Source: a virus
Lineage: Duplodnaviria > Caudoviricetes
Virus record (IMG/VR): IMGVR_UViG_3300020234_000033
Location: 1 to 59,720 of that record
Reading direction: 5' to 3' (one strand)
DNA length: 59,720 nt
In this document: positions 40,163-48,822 of the stretch, piece by piece
Position numbering within the stretch: the stretch's first letter is position 1
How the letters are laid out: the number at the start of each line of letters is the position of its first letter
Notes under the pieces: generated by a model
The model's database searches: none
Told to the model about the DNA's origin: nothing
Seen by the model: the letters and a program-made list of their open reading frames with translations, nothing else
Translations under genes and position numbers: made by a program

Positions 40163-42199
40163 TCAGTCATCTTTCCGATATCGCTTGTGGCGGAACCCGT
40201 CGGCCGAGACCGGCAAGCCCTCGTAACAAGCAGGTAGATTATCGCACATCAGGTGAGCAGCTTCCTCGACCGAGCCGAAGTTCATTTGCGGTTCCATGAT
40301 GATCTCATCGTGGATGGTACCCAGTATCGGGTAGCCATTCGCCTCGACCTGCTCGCAGCCGTACACCATGACGTCACGAGCTGCGCCTGAGGCTGCGTTC
40401 TCGGTGAGCCTGCCGCCGTACGTGTTCACACGGCACCACTGGCGCGTGTAGGTGTCGATGCCGAGGTAGGTCAGCTGACCCTCGATATTTATTTCGGGTT
40501 TGTAGTAAGCGATCCTGCGTCCGCTCGGCAGCTTCATGTAGAGCCAGTCGCCTGCCGTGCCGAACAGGATGCGATTGGTCTTGAACACTTTACCCGGGTG
40601 CGTCACCGCAGCGATGGCATACTCTTCGAGGTTGTACCACAGCTGCTCGATCTTCGGGTTGGCATCACGCCACTCGGAGACGATTACCATGGCGCGCTCC
40701 TTGTCGATGTCGATGCCGAACTTCGCCGCCATCTTGGTGAACGCCTTGTGGCCACCCTGATACCCGCAGGCCAGCTCCCCTGTCTTGCCGGTGAATCGTT
40801 CGTCCGGGTGGGTCTTCTTCATGTTCATCAGGAATTCGAGATCTAGTGGCAGACGATTCATCTTGGCGCCGGTGTACTCATACACCTTGCCATGGGTGCG
40901 GAAGATCTCCAGCTTGTCTTCCTGCCCAGCCAGCCACGCGGTGATCCGGCCCTCGATGGACGAGTAGTCGAGGCACAGCAGCTCGTGACCTGGGCCCGCG
41001 ATCAGCAGGCTGCGGATGGTAGACGACAGTATGTGCATCGGGTTCTTCTCGTACAGGGTGTGGAGCCACTGGATGTCACGCGCCTCACAGGCCTCCAGCG
41101 CCACGTAGGCATCCGATATCAACGGCCGCATCAGGTTCTGCAGCTGCACGCCAAGCGACGACCAGCGTCCTGTGTTGGCGCCGTAGTACATGAACTGTCC
41201 GTAGAGACGCTCGTCACTGCACACCTGTCGCTGAATAGCATCGAGCTTGGCCACGGCCTTCAACTCGTGCAGTCGTCTGCAGCGCACCACGGTCTTAACG
41301 TCAGCAGGTATGTCTGGATCCGCCAGTGCCTTGATCATGGTCTGCTCCTGCAGGTTCGGCATGGGATAGCGCTCACGGATCCACTCGCCGAGCTTGCCGG
41401 TCTGACTGGGATTGAACCCCGAGATCTCGATACACTTTTCGCGCAGGATCTTCTTGTATTCGTCGCGCAGGAATTTGACGTTGGCCACCCCATCGAGGTC
41501 GACCCGGATCCCGCGCATGTTAATGCGCTGGTCCATCATGTAGACCTGCCGCTCATGTGGCGGCAGCTCTGGAATTATTTCATCGATAGCACGCTCAGCT
41601 TCGACGTCGTCGATGCAGTACTGGTACATCTCATAGAACCGGTCCGGAGAATTCCACGGGGTCCATCGATCCTCAGGGTTTTCCTTCGACGGCTGGCGGG
41701 TCTTGATCACCTGCATCATCATCATGCGGCCATCTTCATTCTTCTGGTGTGGAGACTTGAGCACGGTAGATACCTTACCCAGTGCCCGGGGCAGGCCGTG
41801 CACCGCAGCCTTGGCCATGGTGCACACCCACTGTTCGATTGTTGTCTTGGGGAAGTTGACCTTCTGACCGGGTACACCGTTGAGCATGGTGCGCTCGAAC
41901 TCACTGTTGTGGGCCCTCATCTCACCGCCCTCGCGGGCATGGGACTCCAGCTCAAAAGGAACCTGGGTACCGGGAATGAACTCACCGCCTTCGATCTCAT
42001 GGAGGGCATGCATCCACTCGATCAGTTCGGTAGGCAACCCATCCACTGGCACCCAGGTTGAAACAGGCTCATCGCCAAACGCAAAACAGACGCACAGTAA
42101 CTCCGTGCTGTCGTCCTCCGCATAACGATAGAGCCCGCACTGCTTGAGATTGACTCGTGAGAACGACTCAATATCAACGTGACAGATATCCTCGCGCAT
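40163..42199 (-). CDS. DNA polymerase family A with a 3'-5' exonuclease domain
   Basis: DIES and AHNSEFE (exo), YCIDDV, TGRWSS...QLQN, DYSSIEGR (motif A), KTGELACGY (motif B), TIHDE (motif C). Confidence 0.95.
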   Translation of the reverse strand: MREDICHVDIESFSRVNLKQCGLYRYAEDDSTELLCVCFAFGDEPVSTWVPVDGLPTELIEWMHALHEIEGGEFIPGTQVPFELESHAREGGEMRAHNSEFERTMLNGVPGQKVNFPKTTIEQWVCTMAKAAVHGLPRALGKVSTVLKSPHQKNEDGRMMMMQVIKTRQPSKENPEDRWTPWNSPDRFYEMYQYCIDDVEAERAIDEIIPELPPHERQVYMMDQRINMRGIRVDLDGVANVKFLRDEYKKILREKCIEISGFNPSQTGKLGEWIRERYPMPNLQEQTMIKALADPDIPADVKTVVRCRRLHELKAVAKLDAIQRQVCSDERLYGQFMYYGANTGRWSSLGVQLQNLMRPLISDAYVALEACEARDIQWLHTLYEKNPMHILSSTIRSLLIAGPGHELLCLDYSSIEGRITAWLAGQEDKLEIFRTHGKVYEYTGAKMNRLPLDLEFLMNMKKTHPDERFTGKTGELACGYQGGHKAFTKMAAKFGIDIDKERAMVIVSEWRDANPKIEQLWYNLEEYAIAAVTHPGKVFKTNRILFGTAGDWLYMKLPSGRRIAYYKPEINIEGQLTYLGIDTYTRQWCRVNTYGGRLTENAASGAARDVMVYGCEQVEANGYPILGTIHDEIIMEPQMNFGSVEEAAHLMCDNLPACYEGLPVSADGFRHKRYRKDD

Positions 42200-42783
42200 T
42201 AATCTTTGAGGAAATCGTCCTCATCATCATCGTCTTCGAGGATGTCCAGCTCTTCATCGATGTCAGGCGGTGACACTCCGAAGCGGTCGCCGTCCTTGAC
42301 GAACTGGACAATGCGCAGGTTCGAGTTGATACGCTTACCGAACTCGTTGTCCATGGTCCACAGGGTGATCGACGCATTGACGATACAGCCCGCATACGGA
42401 ATCGCAGGCTCGACACCATCGACGATGGTCAGGGTATTGCGACCCCGGTCGGCGATCAGTGGCGGCGTGTTGATCTTGGCCGCGGTGCGGATGAAGTACA
42501 TCCCCTCATAACCGTCGTACTCCAGCGGCGGCTTCTCGTCTTCTGCCAAACCGTAGCAGTGGACGACTGTGGCCGGGATTTTCTTCGGCCACATCTCATC
42601 CCCGATCTCATTCGCAATGGACTCGATCTCTGCGATTATCTTGGCGTGCATTTTGTCCGACGGATCCATCAGGAAGGTGGCCTCGAAACGGGGCTCCTGA
42701 TCCTTGCGGAATGAGCGGGCTTTGAACAGCCGCGGGAACGACAGGCGTACATTCTTTAACTTAATTACATCACTTGTTGGCAT
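42199..42783 (-). CDS. Single-stranded DNA-binding protein (DUF2815/gp2.5-like)
   Basis: VRLSFPRLF, YAGC.VNA and VQFVKDGDRFG motifs; acidic tail. Confidence 0.88.
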   Translation of the reverse strand: MPTSDVIKLKNVRLSFPRLFKARSFRKDQEPRFEATFLMDPSDKMHAKIIAEIESIANEIGDEMWPKKIPATVVHCYGLAEDEKPPLEYDGYEGMYFIRTAAKINTPPLIADRGRNTLTIVDGVEPAIPYAGCIVNASITLWTMDNEFGKRINSNLRIVQFVKDGDRFGVSPPDIDEELDILEDDDDEDDFLKD

Positions 42784-43976
42784 TACTCTTCTCCAGCGCT
42801 TTGCGCTTCGTCATCATCATCTAACTCAGAAATATCCGCGGTGATCGCAGAGCGTGGATCCGTAGGTGGAGCCAGCTTCGGTGATCCCGGGGGTTTACGA
42901 ACATGGTCCGTCATAATTTTATGATCCTTACCCAGCAGCTTCTCAGCCTGGGTGGGACTGATCATGGTTTGCTTGAAGATATCCTTGACCTTCAACTTGG
43001 TTTTACGCAGTGCAGCTTCCGCCTTAACAGCGTCGCGCCACGCACGGTTCGAGCGTCCCGCTACCAGTTTCCAACTGGGGGTGCCCACAGCACGGCCTGC
43101 CTGAATTTCTGACAGCACGCGCCCCTCGATGTCATTACACCAGCTGCGCATCAGACTAATGACGTCCATGCAATTCGCCAGATCGTCGTTGGTCATCAGG
43201 TCCGGATCCTTGATCGACTCCATGTCGTCCAGTTCATCCAGCATCTGCGCCATCAGCCACTCTTTACGGTGGCCACAGGTGTCCCGAGCCTTACACCACC
43301 GGCAATGCTCACCGGGTTGAAACGGTGCGTTCGGCTTCAGTGCAATTTCAGCGGTAGGCTGAACCTTGTCCCGGGCCCATAGCAGGATCTCTTTCAACGA
43401 GACCGTGGCCTCATCGATGTGGTCGAGCCGGGGCTGACATATATTGAACTTGAAGGTTTCAATATCATAGAGGTGACCGAAGTCCTGAAATACACCAAGG
43501 CCATACCCCCACATCTGCGGGTTGTTCTTGATGTAGACCTTCACGCCCTGCCCGAATTTTAAATCGGTCAGGTTGCACAGGCCATCATGGATCCGGATAT
43601 CATCCGCAGTGCCGTAGCCACCCGGTACCCAGGCATCGTAGCTGACGCGCTCTTCGATGAGTACGTCACCCTCGAACTCCGCCACGTAATCCAGAAAGAA
43701 CTGGACGTGACGTGCGAACTCAGCATCGACCGTGAAGCGCTTGCAATGGCTCACCAGATCTATGTAGGTCGTGGCAGGTACATTGTTGAGGCGGCACAGC
43801 TCCGACACGTGGTGGGCAAACGTGCCCTCGTCAGCGTACTCCGTGGGTGCATCCGGCAACCCCCGGCACAGCAGCACCGAGCCCGGGCACTCCAGCCAGC
43901 GCTCCATCGCCGACGGGCCCAGCTCGGAATGGTCGTCCGGCTTCTTCAGCAGATCCTCGTAGGTTACGAGTTCCAT
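42783..43976 (-). CDS. DUF2800 / Cas4-like PD-(D/E)xK exonuclease
   Basis: HS.LGPS...RWLECPGS, EGT.AH, GTADD, DLKFG.G, NPQ..Y, QPR and HCRWC...C (Fe-S) motifs. Confidence 0.88.
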   Translation of the reverse strand: MELVTYEDLLKKPDDHSELGPSAMERWLECPGSVLLCRGLPDAPTEYADEGTFAHHVSELCRLNNVPATTYIDLVSHCKRFTVDAEFARHVQFFLDYVAEFEGDVLIEERVSYDAWVPGGYGTADDIRIHDGLCNLTDLKFGQGVKVYIKNNPQMWGYGLGVFQDFGHLYDIETFKFNICQPRLDHIDEATVSLKEILLWARDKVQPTAEIALKPNAPFQPGEHCRWCKARDTCGHRKEWLMAQMLDELDDMESIKDPDLMTNDDLANCMDVISLMRSWCNDIEGRVLSEIQAGRAVGTPSWKLVAGRSNRAWRDAVKAEAALRKTKLKVKDIFKQTMISPTQAEKLLGKDHKIMTDHVRKPPGSPKLAPPTDPRSAITADISELDDDDEAQSAGEE

Positions 43977-43977
43977 G

Positions 43978-44313
43978 TCACTCTGCCAGCTTGACGTCAC
44001 ACTCGTCGATCACCTGCTTGTACTTCGATGCGGGCAGGTTACCGATGGTGCTGGCGCCATGGCTCTTCAGGATGGACTTGGCCTGGGCCGGAGTGGTGGC
44101 CTTCTGCAGCTCCTGCAGTTTGGCGCGTACCATCTCCTTGGTGTACTCCGGATCCCCGACGTCTTCAGTACCGACTCGTTTCTCATTTGACTTCTTGGTC
44201 GAGGATTTTTTCGGCGGGGCTTTTTCTTCGGCCGGGGCGGCGACAGTGCCTCCCCCTGCTGCGATGGTTTCAAGAGCTGCAGCTATGCGCTCAAGCGTTG
44301 CTTCAATTGTCAT
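43978..44313 (-). CDS. Hypothetical replication-module protein
   Basis: AGGAG SD, MTIEATLERIA..LE start, small helical C-terminal domain; a common neighbour of DUF2800 genes. Confidence 0.7.
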   Translation of the reverse strand: MTIEATLERIAAALETIAAGGGTVAAPAEEKAPPKKSSTKKSNEKRVGTEDVGDPEYTKEMVRAKLQELQKATTPAQAKSILKSHGASTIGNLPASKYKQVIDECDVKLAE

Positions 44314-44326
44314 GCGTTTTGTTCTC

Positions 44327-44632
44327 CTAAAGTTTACAAGTACAGTGCGTCGGCGTCTGAGGAAACCACACGTATGGAGTTCCCCTGCAGACGGCCAGCA
44401 CACCACTATCGTCATCCTCGACCACTTCACAGTGGCCAAAGATCTCACGAAGCGTTCTAACGGTGCAGTAGCTGCACTCGTTATAAGATTTAAGTATGAA
44501 GCTGAAGCCCGGGAGGGCAATCGCTTCACAGCCTTTAACGAAATTAGGATCGAGATTCTTTTGCCAGCGTACTGGGTGACGAACTAGATCGTTGCCCCCA
44601 TGACGCAAGAATTCTGTGTTATCCATGCTCAT
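44327..44632 (-). CDS. Hypothetical protein
   Basis: GGAG SD; part of a tightly packed operon. Confidence 0.55.
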   Translation of the reverse strand: MSMDNTEFLRHGGNDLVRHPVRWQKNLDPNFVKGCEAIALPGFSFILKSYNECSYCTVRTLREIFGHCEVVEDDDSGVLAVCRGTPYVWFPQTPTHCTCKL

Positions 44633-44822
44633 TGATATTCACTCCCTGCTCGTTGTTCATTGACTTCATTTTTTCGTTGGCCTCTTTCTCAGTGTCAAAT
44701 GGACCAGCGGTAAAGTCGAGTCGGTTATCCTCGATCTGTTCCCAGACACACCAGCCGACCCGGTCGTGGTCGTAGGCCACCCGGTATAAATGGAACCCGG
44801 TAACCTCGTCGTCTTCATTCAT
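44619..44822 (-). CDS. Hypothetical protein
   Basis: GGAG SD; GPFDTEKEA motif. Confidence 0.55.
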   Translation of the reverse strand: MNEDDEVTGFHLYRVAYDHDRVGWCVWEQIEDNRLDFTAGPFDTEKEANEKMKSMNNEQGVNINEHG

Positions 44823-45318
44823 GACACACTCCAATTGCTGCCTGCATGATCTCATCGAAGTCAAAGCCACCTCGGTTCAACGCCTGCCGGATGGTGATGT
44901 CTTCTATCTCTTTCGTCGACAGCCAGTGCGGCTCGACTCGTTCGTCATTGTAGGTAAAAATATATTCTGTAATCTTGACGCGCTCCTCGATGAGCGCTCT
45001 GCCTAATTCAGTGATGCGGTAGAGCCCGGAGTGTTTTGTTTTTGAATCAGGATCAGGCGACTTGGCTTCAGTGACTCCGAATTTTTGCATGTGTCCCCAC
45101 TGATTAGTCCGTAAAGTGTACCGGCTTCCTTTGGCCTGGGTTTCAACCCATGAATCCTTGGATTCGTGATACAGCCAGATCAAGGACTTTGCCATCGGCA
45201 CGCCAAATCTCCGGGCATAGACCTTCCCTATTCGATCACAGACAGGACAGATAACTCCACCGGGTACGATCCAAGTGTCATCCTGCCACTGTGTTCTGCG
45301 GTCGGCAAGCTCACCCAT
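44815..45318 (-). CDS. Hypothetical Zn-finger/winged-helix protein
   Basis: CPVC and GLYRITELGR motifs. Confidence 0.65.
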   Translation of the reverse strand: MGELADRRTQWQDDTWIVPGGVICPVCDRIGKVYARRFGVPMAKSLIWLYHESKDSWVETQAKGSRYTLRTNQWGHMQKFGVTEAKSPDPDSKTKHSGLYRITELGRALIEERVKITEYIFTYNDERVEPHWLSTKEIEDITIRQALNRGGFDFDEIMQAAIGVCHE

Positions 45319-45441
45319 TTATTTGATCAGCTCCACGGTAAAGTACGACAGCATGTACGGTAACCCGACCAGCCAAAAATAAATTTTCAGCAAATCGTCG
45401 ATCCAGTGCAGTTCATATATTAGTCTGTCCCACTTGCTCAT
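45319..45441 (-). CDS. Small membrane peptide (40 aa), not in the ORF track
   Basis: MSKWDRLIYELHWIDDLLKIYFWLVGLPYMLSYFTVELIK exactly fills the gap, with ATGA coupling. Confidence 0.5.
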   Translation of the reverse strand: MSKWDRLIYELHWIDDLLKIYFWLVGLPYMLSYFTVELIK

Positions 45442-45683
45442 TTGACTGCCGTGCACCCATCGGTGCCGACCTCGGGAGCGTTGCCACCATCCCAGTCTTT
45501 CAGGAACAGCTGCGCGTTCTGCATGGTGTCAAAACAAATGCGGGCGCTGTACCCAGTCTCATCGAGACCGACGCACACGCCGCAGGTGTATATGTACCGG
45601 TGAACCCCACAGATCAGCCCATTGATCTCACGTAGGTCGGTGTAGCCGTGACCCTCAATCATGGTCCGGGTTTCTTCATTCAT
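45438..45683 (-). CDS. Hypothetical protein
   Basis: AAGGAG SD before (M)MNEETR. Confidence 0.6.
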   Translation of the reverse strand: MNEETRTMIEGHGYTDLREINGLICGVHRYIYTCGVCVGLDETGYSARICFDTMQNAQLFLKDWDGGNAPEVGTDGCTAVK

Positions 45684-45801
45684 CATCGCTCTCCTTACAT
45701 TCATCGCAGGTGAAAGGATATCCCTGCGGCTCATCGGGAGGATTGCCACAGCAAATCTGGCAGATCTCACCCGCTACAATTGCCTCAGCTATATCACCCA
45801 C
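45676..45801 (-). CDS. Small Zn-finger protein (41 aa), not in the ORF track
   Basis: MGDIAEAIVAGEICQICCGNPPDEPQGYPFTCDECKESDDE; GGAGG SD before the GTG. Confidence 0.6.
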   Translation of the reverse strand: MGDIAEAIVAGEICQICCGNPPDEPQGYPFTCDECKESDDE

Positions 45802-45913
45802 GGTGTGCCTCCCACCAGTCTTCGATCTCATCAAGGGCCCAGCGCAGATTGCCACCGGTCAGGACAGCGTAGAGCGCGAAGAAGTAAGCTACTAAAAACA
45901 GGGCTTCAATCAT
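45794..45913 (-). CDS. Small membrane peptide (39 aa), not in the ORF track
   Basis: MIEALFLVAYFFALYAVLTGGNLRWALDEIEDWWEAHRG; GGAGG SD. Confidence 0.5.
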   Translation of the reverse strand: MIEALFLVAYFFALYAVLTGGNLRWALDEIEDWWEAHRG

Positions 45914-46169
45914 GACCCCTCCGCAGGAACGCAGGGATCACGAGATGGTCATCCTGATCCCAGTCTATATTCAAGTCCAAGGTCACCTCGTCCAAGTCAC
46001 GGTCGACGTTGGCACCCTTTTTTAATTCATCCTGCACGTCCCGGCCCGGTGAGAATGCTCTGTCACGGGATGCATTGGGATCCACGGGTGTGATAGTGTC
46101 GTCGTCGTCGTCATCAACGCGCCGACGCCTATCATTAACGCGTCGATTTTGATCAGGGGTATAAATCAT
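45906..46169 (-). CDS. Acidic, probably disordered protein ending in an FtsZ-C-terminus-like peptide
   Basis: GGAG SD and ATGA coupling; C-terminus DDHLVIPAFLRRGHD. Confidence 0.65.
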   Translation of the reverse strand: MIYTPDQNRRVNDRRRRVDDDDDDTITPVDPNASRDRAFSPGRDVQDELKKGANVDRDLDEVTLDLNIDWDQDDHLVIPAFLRRGHD

Positions 46170-46675
46170 ACTTGGCACTCCGTATAGAACTGTGAATTGT
46201 GGTTGTTGAGATCGTACTGCGGAACCTGGGCCCACCATAGCAGGTAGTGCACAAACTCGTGGCGCAGGTGGTTGCTCTGGTTCTGCTGCAGATCGTAGTC
46301 GGTTATCCGGATATAGCGCGTGTCATAATTGATGTACGCGGTGACCTGTAACGAGCCATCGATCAGCGGCATGTTTGACTGGGCCACATACTCGATGACC
46401 AGCTTCGGATCCGGCGGGGCGAGGCCGACGCAGGCCTGCACATCAAGCCAGACCTGATCGATAATATAGAGCCACGGCCCGGGTAACTTGCCCGGGTCGT
46501 AGTTGACGGTGAAGCGCTCGTTGCGCTCCTGATAGTTCCCAGTCCACCCAGGCCAGCCGTAGAAGGCGCCATCGCCATTGCTGGGACCGGTGTTGCTTGT
46601 GGTACTGCAGCCCGTGAGCAGCAGCGCGAGGACCACCAGCAGGATGGTGAGGATATCGAGTTTTAACATACTCAT
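46166..46675 (-). CDS. Lipoprotein with an HExxH metallopeptidase motif
   Basis: Lipobox LLTG-C after a hydrophobic signal; LRHEFVH. Confidence 0.65.
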   Translation of the reverse strand: MSMLKLDILTILLVVLALLLTGCSTTSNTGPSNGDGAFYGWPGWTGNYQERNERFTVNYDPGKLPGPWLYIIDQVWLDVQACVGLAPPDPKLVIEYVAQSNMPLIDGSLQVTAYINYDTRYIRITDYDLQQNQSNHLRHEFVHYLLWWAQVPQYDLNNHNSQFYTECQV

Positions 46676-46857
46676 GGCAGATCCCTCTTTTTGGCACTGT
46701 ACAAGTAGGTGACCGATGAGGCTATTGACTGAGCCAACGCCTCCGCGGTCTTCGGCTCATTGCCTTGCCTCGGGTGTTGGTTGTGCTCCAGATCAACGTG
46801 AAGCTCGTACAACAGCTCCCCCTCGCCATCCTTGATGACTACGATGATGTCGTTCAT
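46672..46857 (-). CDS. Hypothetical protein
   Basis: ATGA couplings at both ends. Confidence 0.5.
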   Translation of the reverse strand: MNDIIVVIKDGEGELLYELHVDLEHNQHPRQGNEPKTAEALAQSIASSVTYLYSAKKRDLP

Positions 46858-46961
46858 GACATCCACGTCCCGGTGACGTAGGTAAACAGGATCCAGATCA
46901 CGAGCGGGAACAGCCAGTCGCTGATATGATCATACGTGTTGAAGAGCAGAAACTTTCTCAT
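46854..46961 (-). CDS. Small membrane peptide (35 aa), not in the ORF track
   Basis: MRKFLLFNTYDHISDWLFPLVIWILFTYVTGTWMS fills the gap, with ATGA couplings. Confidence 0.45.
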   Translation of the reverse strand: MRKFLLFNTYDHISDWLFPLVIWILFTYVTGTWMS

Positions 46962-47365
46962 GATGGCTCTCCCGGCAGGTGGACGATGAGACCTTTGTTC
47001 TTCCAGTAGTTGTTCGACACGAAGTCATGCAGATCCTTGTAGAAGACAGGGTTGCCACTGATCCAACTGGGCCTGCCGTTCAAGGTGCCCTTAAAGGCGT
47101 CGATGCTGAACTCGAAGCTCGGCTCTTCTTGCATCCGGGCACCGGTGCCATTCTCTCTGGATGGCTTCCAGACGCTGCTGAGGTTGAAGCCTCGCATAGG
47201 GGAGGTGTCGATGGTGAAGTGGCCGAACTTGTCGTCCTTCATGAAATCGAAGTATTGGTCGGCGTGTCGGATGATGGTGAAACCATGGCCCAGCAAAAAT
47301 TCCTGGGTGGCGTCGACGGATTCCTTCACGGTCTCGTGCTGGGTTAAATCGATAAAGAGTTTCAT
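46958..47365 (-). CDS. Hypothetical protein
   Basis: 135 aa, ATGA coupling; KPSRENGTG motif. Confidence 0.65.
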   Translation of the reverse strand: MKLFIDLTQHETVKESVDATQEFLLGHGFTIIRHADQYFDFMKDDKFGHFTIDTSPMRGFNLSSVWKPSRENGTGARMQEEPSFEFSIDAFKGTLNGRPSWISGNPVFYKDLHDFVSNNYWKNKGLIVHLPGEPS

Positions 47366-47547
47366 GTCAGCATCCCCGTGTCCTTCTTGGGAGCAACATC
47401 AACCTTGGGCTCTTTAGGCTCAGTCACGTCCCCACATATTGAGTGGGTGTGGTACATACAATAGAGGTCTTGATAATCCTCAGGCGTGGGTAGCACGATA
47501 TTGGGGTCGCCCATCAGGGCATGCAGTAGTAGCAGTACAGTATTCAT
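47362..47547 (-). CDS. Hypothetical small protein
   Basis: First ORF after the structured intergenic region. Confidence 0.45.
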   Translation of the reverse strand: MNTVLLLLHALMGDPNIVLPTPEDYQDLYCMYHTHSICGDVTEPKEPKVDVAPKKDTGMLT

Positions 47548-47574
47548 AGCGTTTTCTCATAGCGTTAGTTGGAA

Positions 47575-47850
47575 AAAAGAAGGTTTAGGGTGTCAGCCGG
47601 GTCATTTGGCCGACTCGACACCCACCACCCACACCACAGACACGCGCCCATGATTGGTCTTCACTGGTATTTATGAACGCCCCAGTAGCAATCAACTTCC
47701 GCCATGGCGATCTTGCAAGACAAAATAAAACAGGCGGTGCCCTTAGACTGACACCGCCAAACATCAGGCCCATAGCGTCACACACGAACAGGGCCAGAAG
47801 AAGAAAAAGGTGAGCGCGTACCCGGGGAACTGGACCGGATACACGCTCGG
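47575..47850 (-). ncRNA. Candidate structured ncRNA with five consecutive hairpins
   Basis: Stems at 47812-47848, 47767-47795, 47733-47758, 47651-47694 and 47588-47623. G-U pairs in the first and last stems work only on the minus strand; several linkers are U-rich. Confidence 0.5.
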
Positions 47851-47873
47851 GTTGTGCCGCGATACGCAAGGAA

Positions 47874-48707
47874 CTACGCGGCGACTTTGAGGCCAACCAG
47901 ATTACTGAGAAACTGATCAGTGATCTGAGTACGGTCAGCGATAAGGTTGTGGTTGATGTTCTGACCAACAGGCTTCAGGGCCTGGGTCACACAGTTGCGT
48001 ATCAACCATGCAGATTTGCCCCATTCGAGGTGCTCTTCGAAGGTAGGCTTGTCCCACTCATTGATGGCTTTGGACAGCTGTGCGCCACTGAGGCCACCTT
48101 GACGGTAGATCTCGACCAGTGCAGCATCACCACCACGGGGATTCGGAAATTGGTAAGCCTTGTAGGCCTCGAACTGATCCGCGCGTTGCTCAGCCAGCAT
48201 CGGGATTAAGCCCACGGCTTTCGAGATCAGCCCGGGCAGGCGACGATGGATGTTGGTGGTCTGCTTGGTAGCGATGCTACCGATGGTGCCGCTGAAAGCG
48301 AGGTTGCTGCAGACGAAGATCTTGTCGCCCAGTACCAGCTCACGCCTCAGTGACTGATCGTGTGCACCGCGCAGTCCGACCAGCAGCTCGTAGCCTGCAT
48401 CATTCTGACGCCATTCAGATACCTGCATGTCTTCGCCGGTGTTCTCGACGGTGACAACAGTGCCGGTGGCCTCGTCGCGGGGAGCGATGGCCAAGGCACC
48501 AAAAAATTTCTGGTGGTCCTTGGTGACTTCGAGGTCACGTTCCAGCACATTAAAGCCGACGCGATCCAGAGCGGACTCGACATCTTCGACATAGGTGTGG
48601 AAAGGATACGGGCGATGGAAACGGCCTCGGCCTTGTGGGGTTTCGATCTGGCCTAATTGAGCCAGGGTCAGGTGCGGATTGCCTTCATGTGAATAAAGTA
48701 ATGACAT
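47874..48707 (-). CDS. DUF932 family protein
   Basis: P.PF..YVE.V...L, FFG.L, GLR..HD.S...L..G..IFVCSNLAFSG; AAGGAG SD. Confidence 0.75.
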   Translation of the reverse strand: MSLLYSHEGNPHLTLAQLGQIETPQGRGRFHRPYPFHTYVEDVESALDRVGFNVLERDLEVTKDHQKFFGALAIAPRDEATGTVVTVENTGEDMQVSEWRQNDAGYELLVGLRGAHDQSLRRELVLGDKIFVCSNLAFSGTIGSIATKQTTNIHRRLPGLISKAVGLIPMLAEQRADQFEAYKAYQFPNPRGGDAALVEIYRQGGLSGAQLSKAINEWDKPTFEEHLEWGKSAWLIRNCVTQALKPVGQNINHNLIADRTQITDQFLSNLVGLKVAA

Positions 48708-48822
48708 TTTCAATCTCCTTGCGTTGCGTTAGTTGCGTTAAAAAATTACTACACCTAAAGTATAGCTCATCTCCATATAAAGTGGTACCATATTTTGCCA
48801 ATAAATCAGAGGATCCACACCG

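Noticed and set aside
38524-42061. Long plus-strand ORFs (38524-39336, 40892-42061) and similar antisense ORFs elsewhere
   Set aside because: They are shadow frames of well-supported genes on the opposite strand in GC-rich sequence.
42783-43976. Cas4-like gene as part of a CRISPR-Cas system
   Set aside because: It sits in the standard DUF2800-SSB-PolA-VRR-NUC-SNF2 phage replication module, with no array.
47575-47850. tRNA genes in the hairpin-rich gap
   Set aside because: No cloverleaf, TTCRA T-loop or acceptor stem is recognisable.
48740-48822. Specific divergent promoters between DUF932 and the Cro-like gene
   Set aside because: The region is AT-rich and probably regulatory, but no convincing -35/-10 pair with correct spacing could be assigned.
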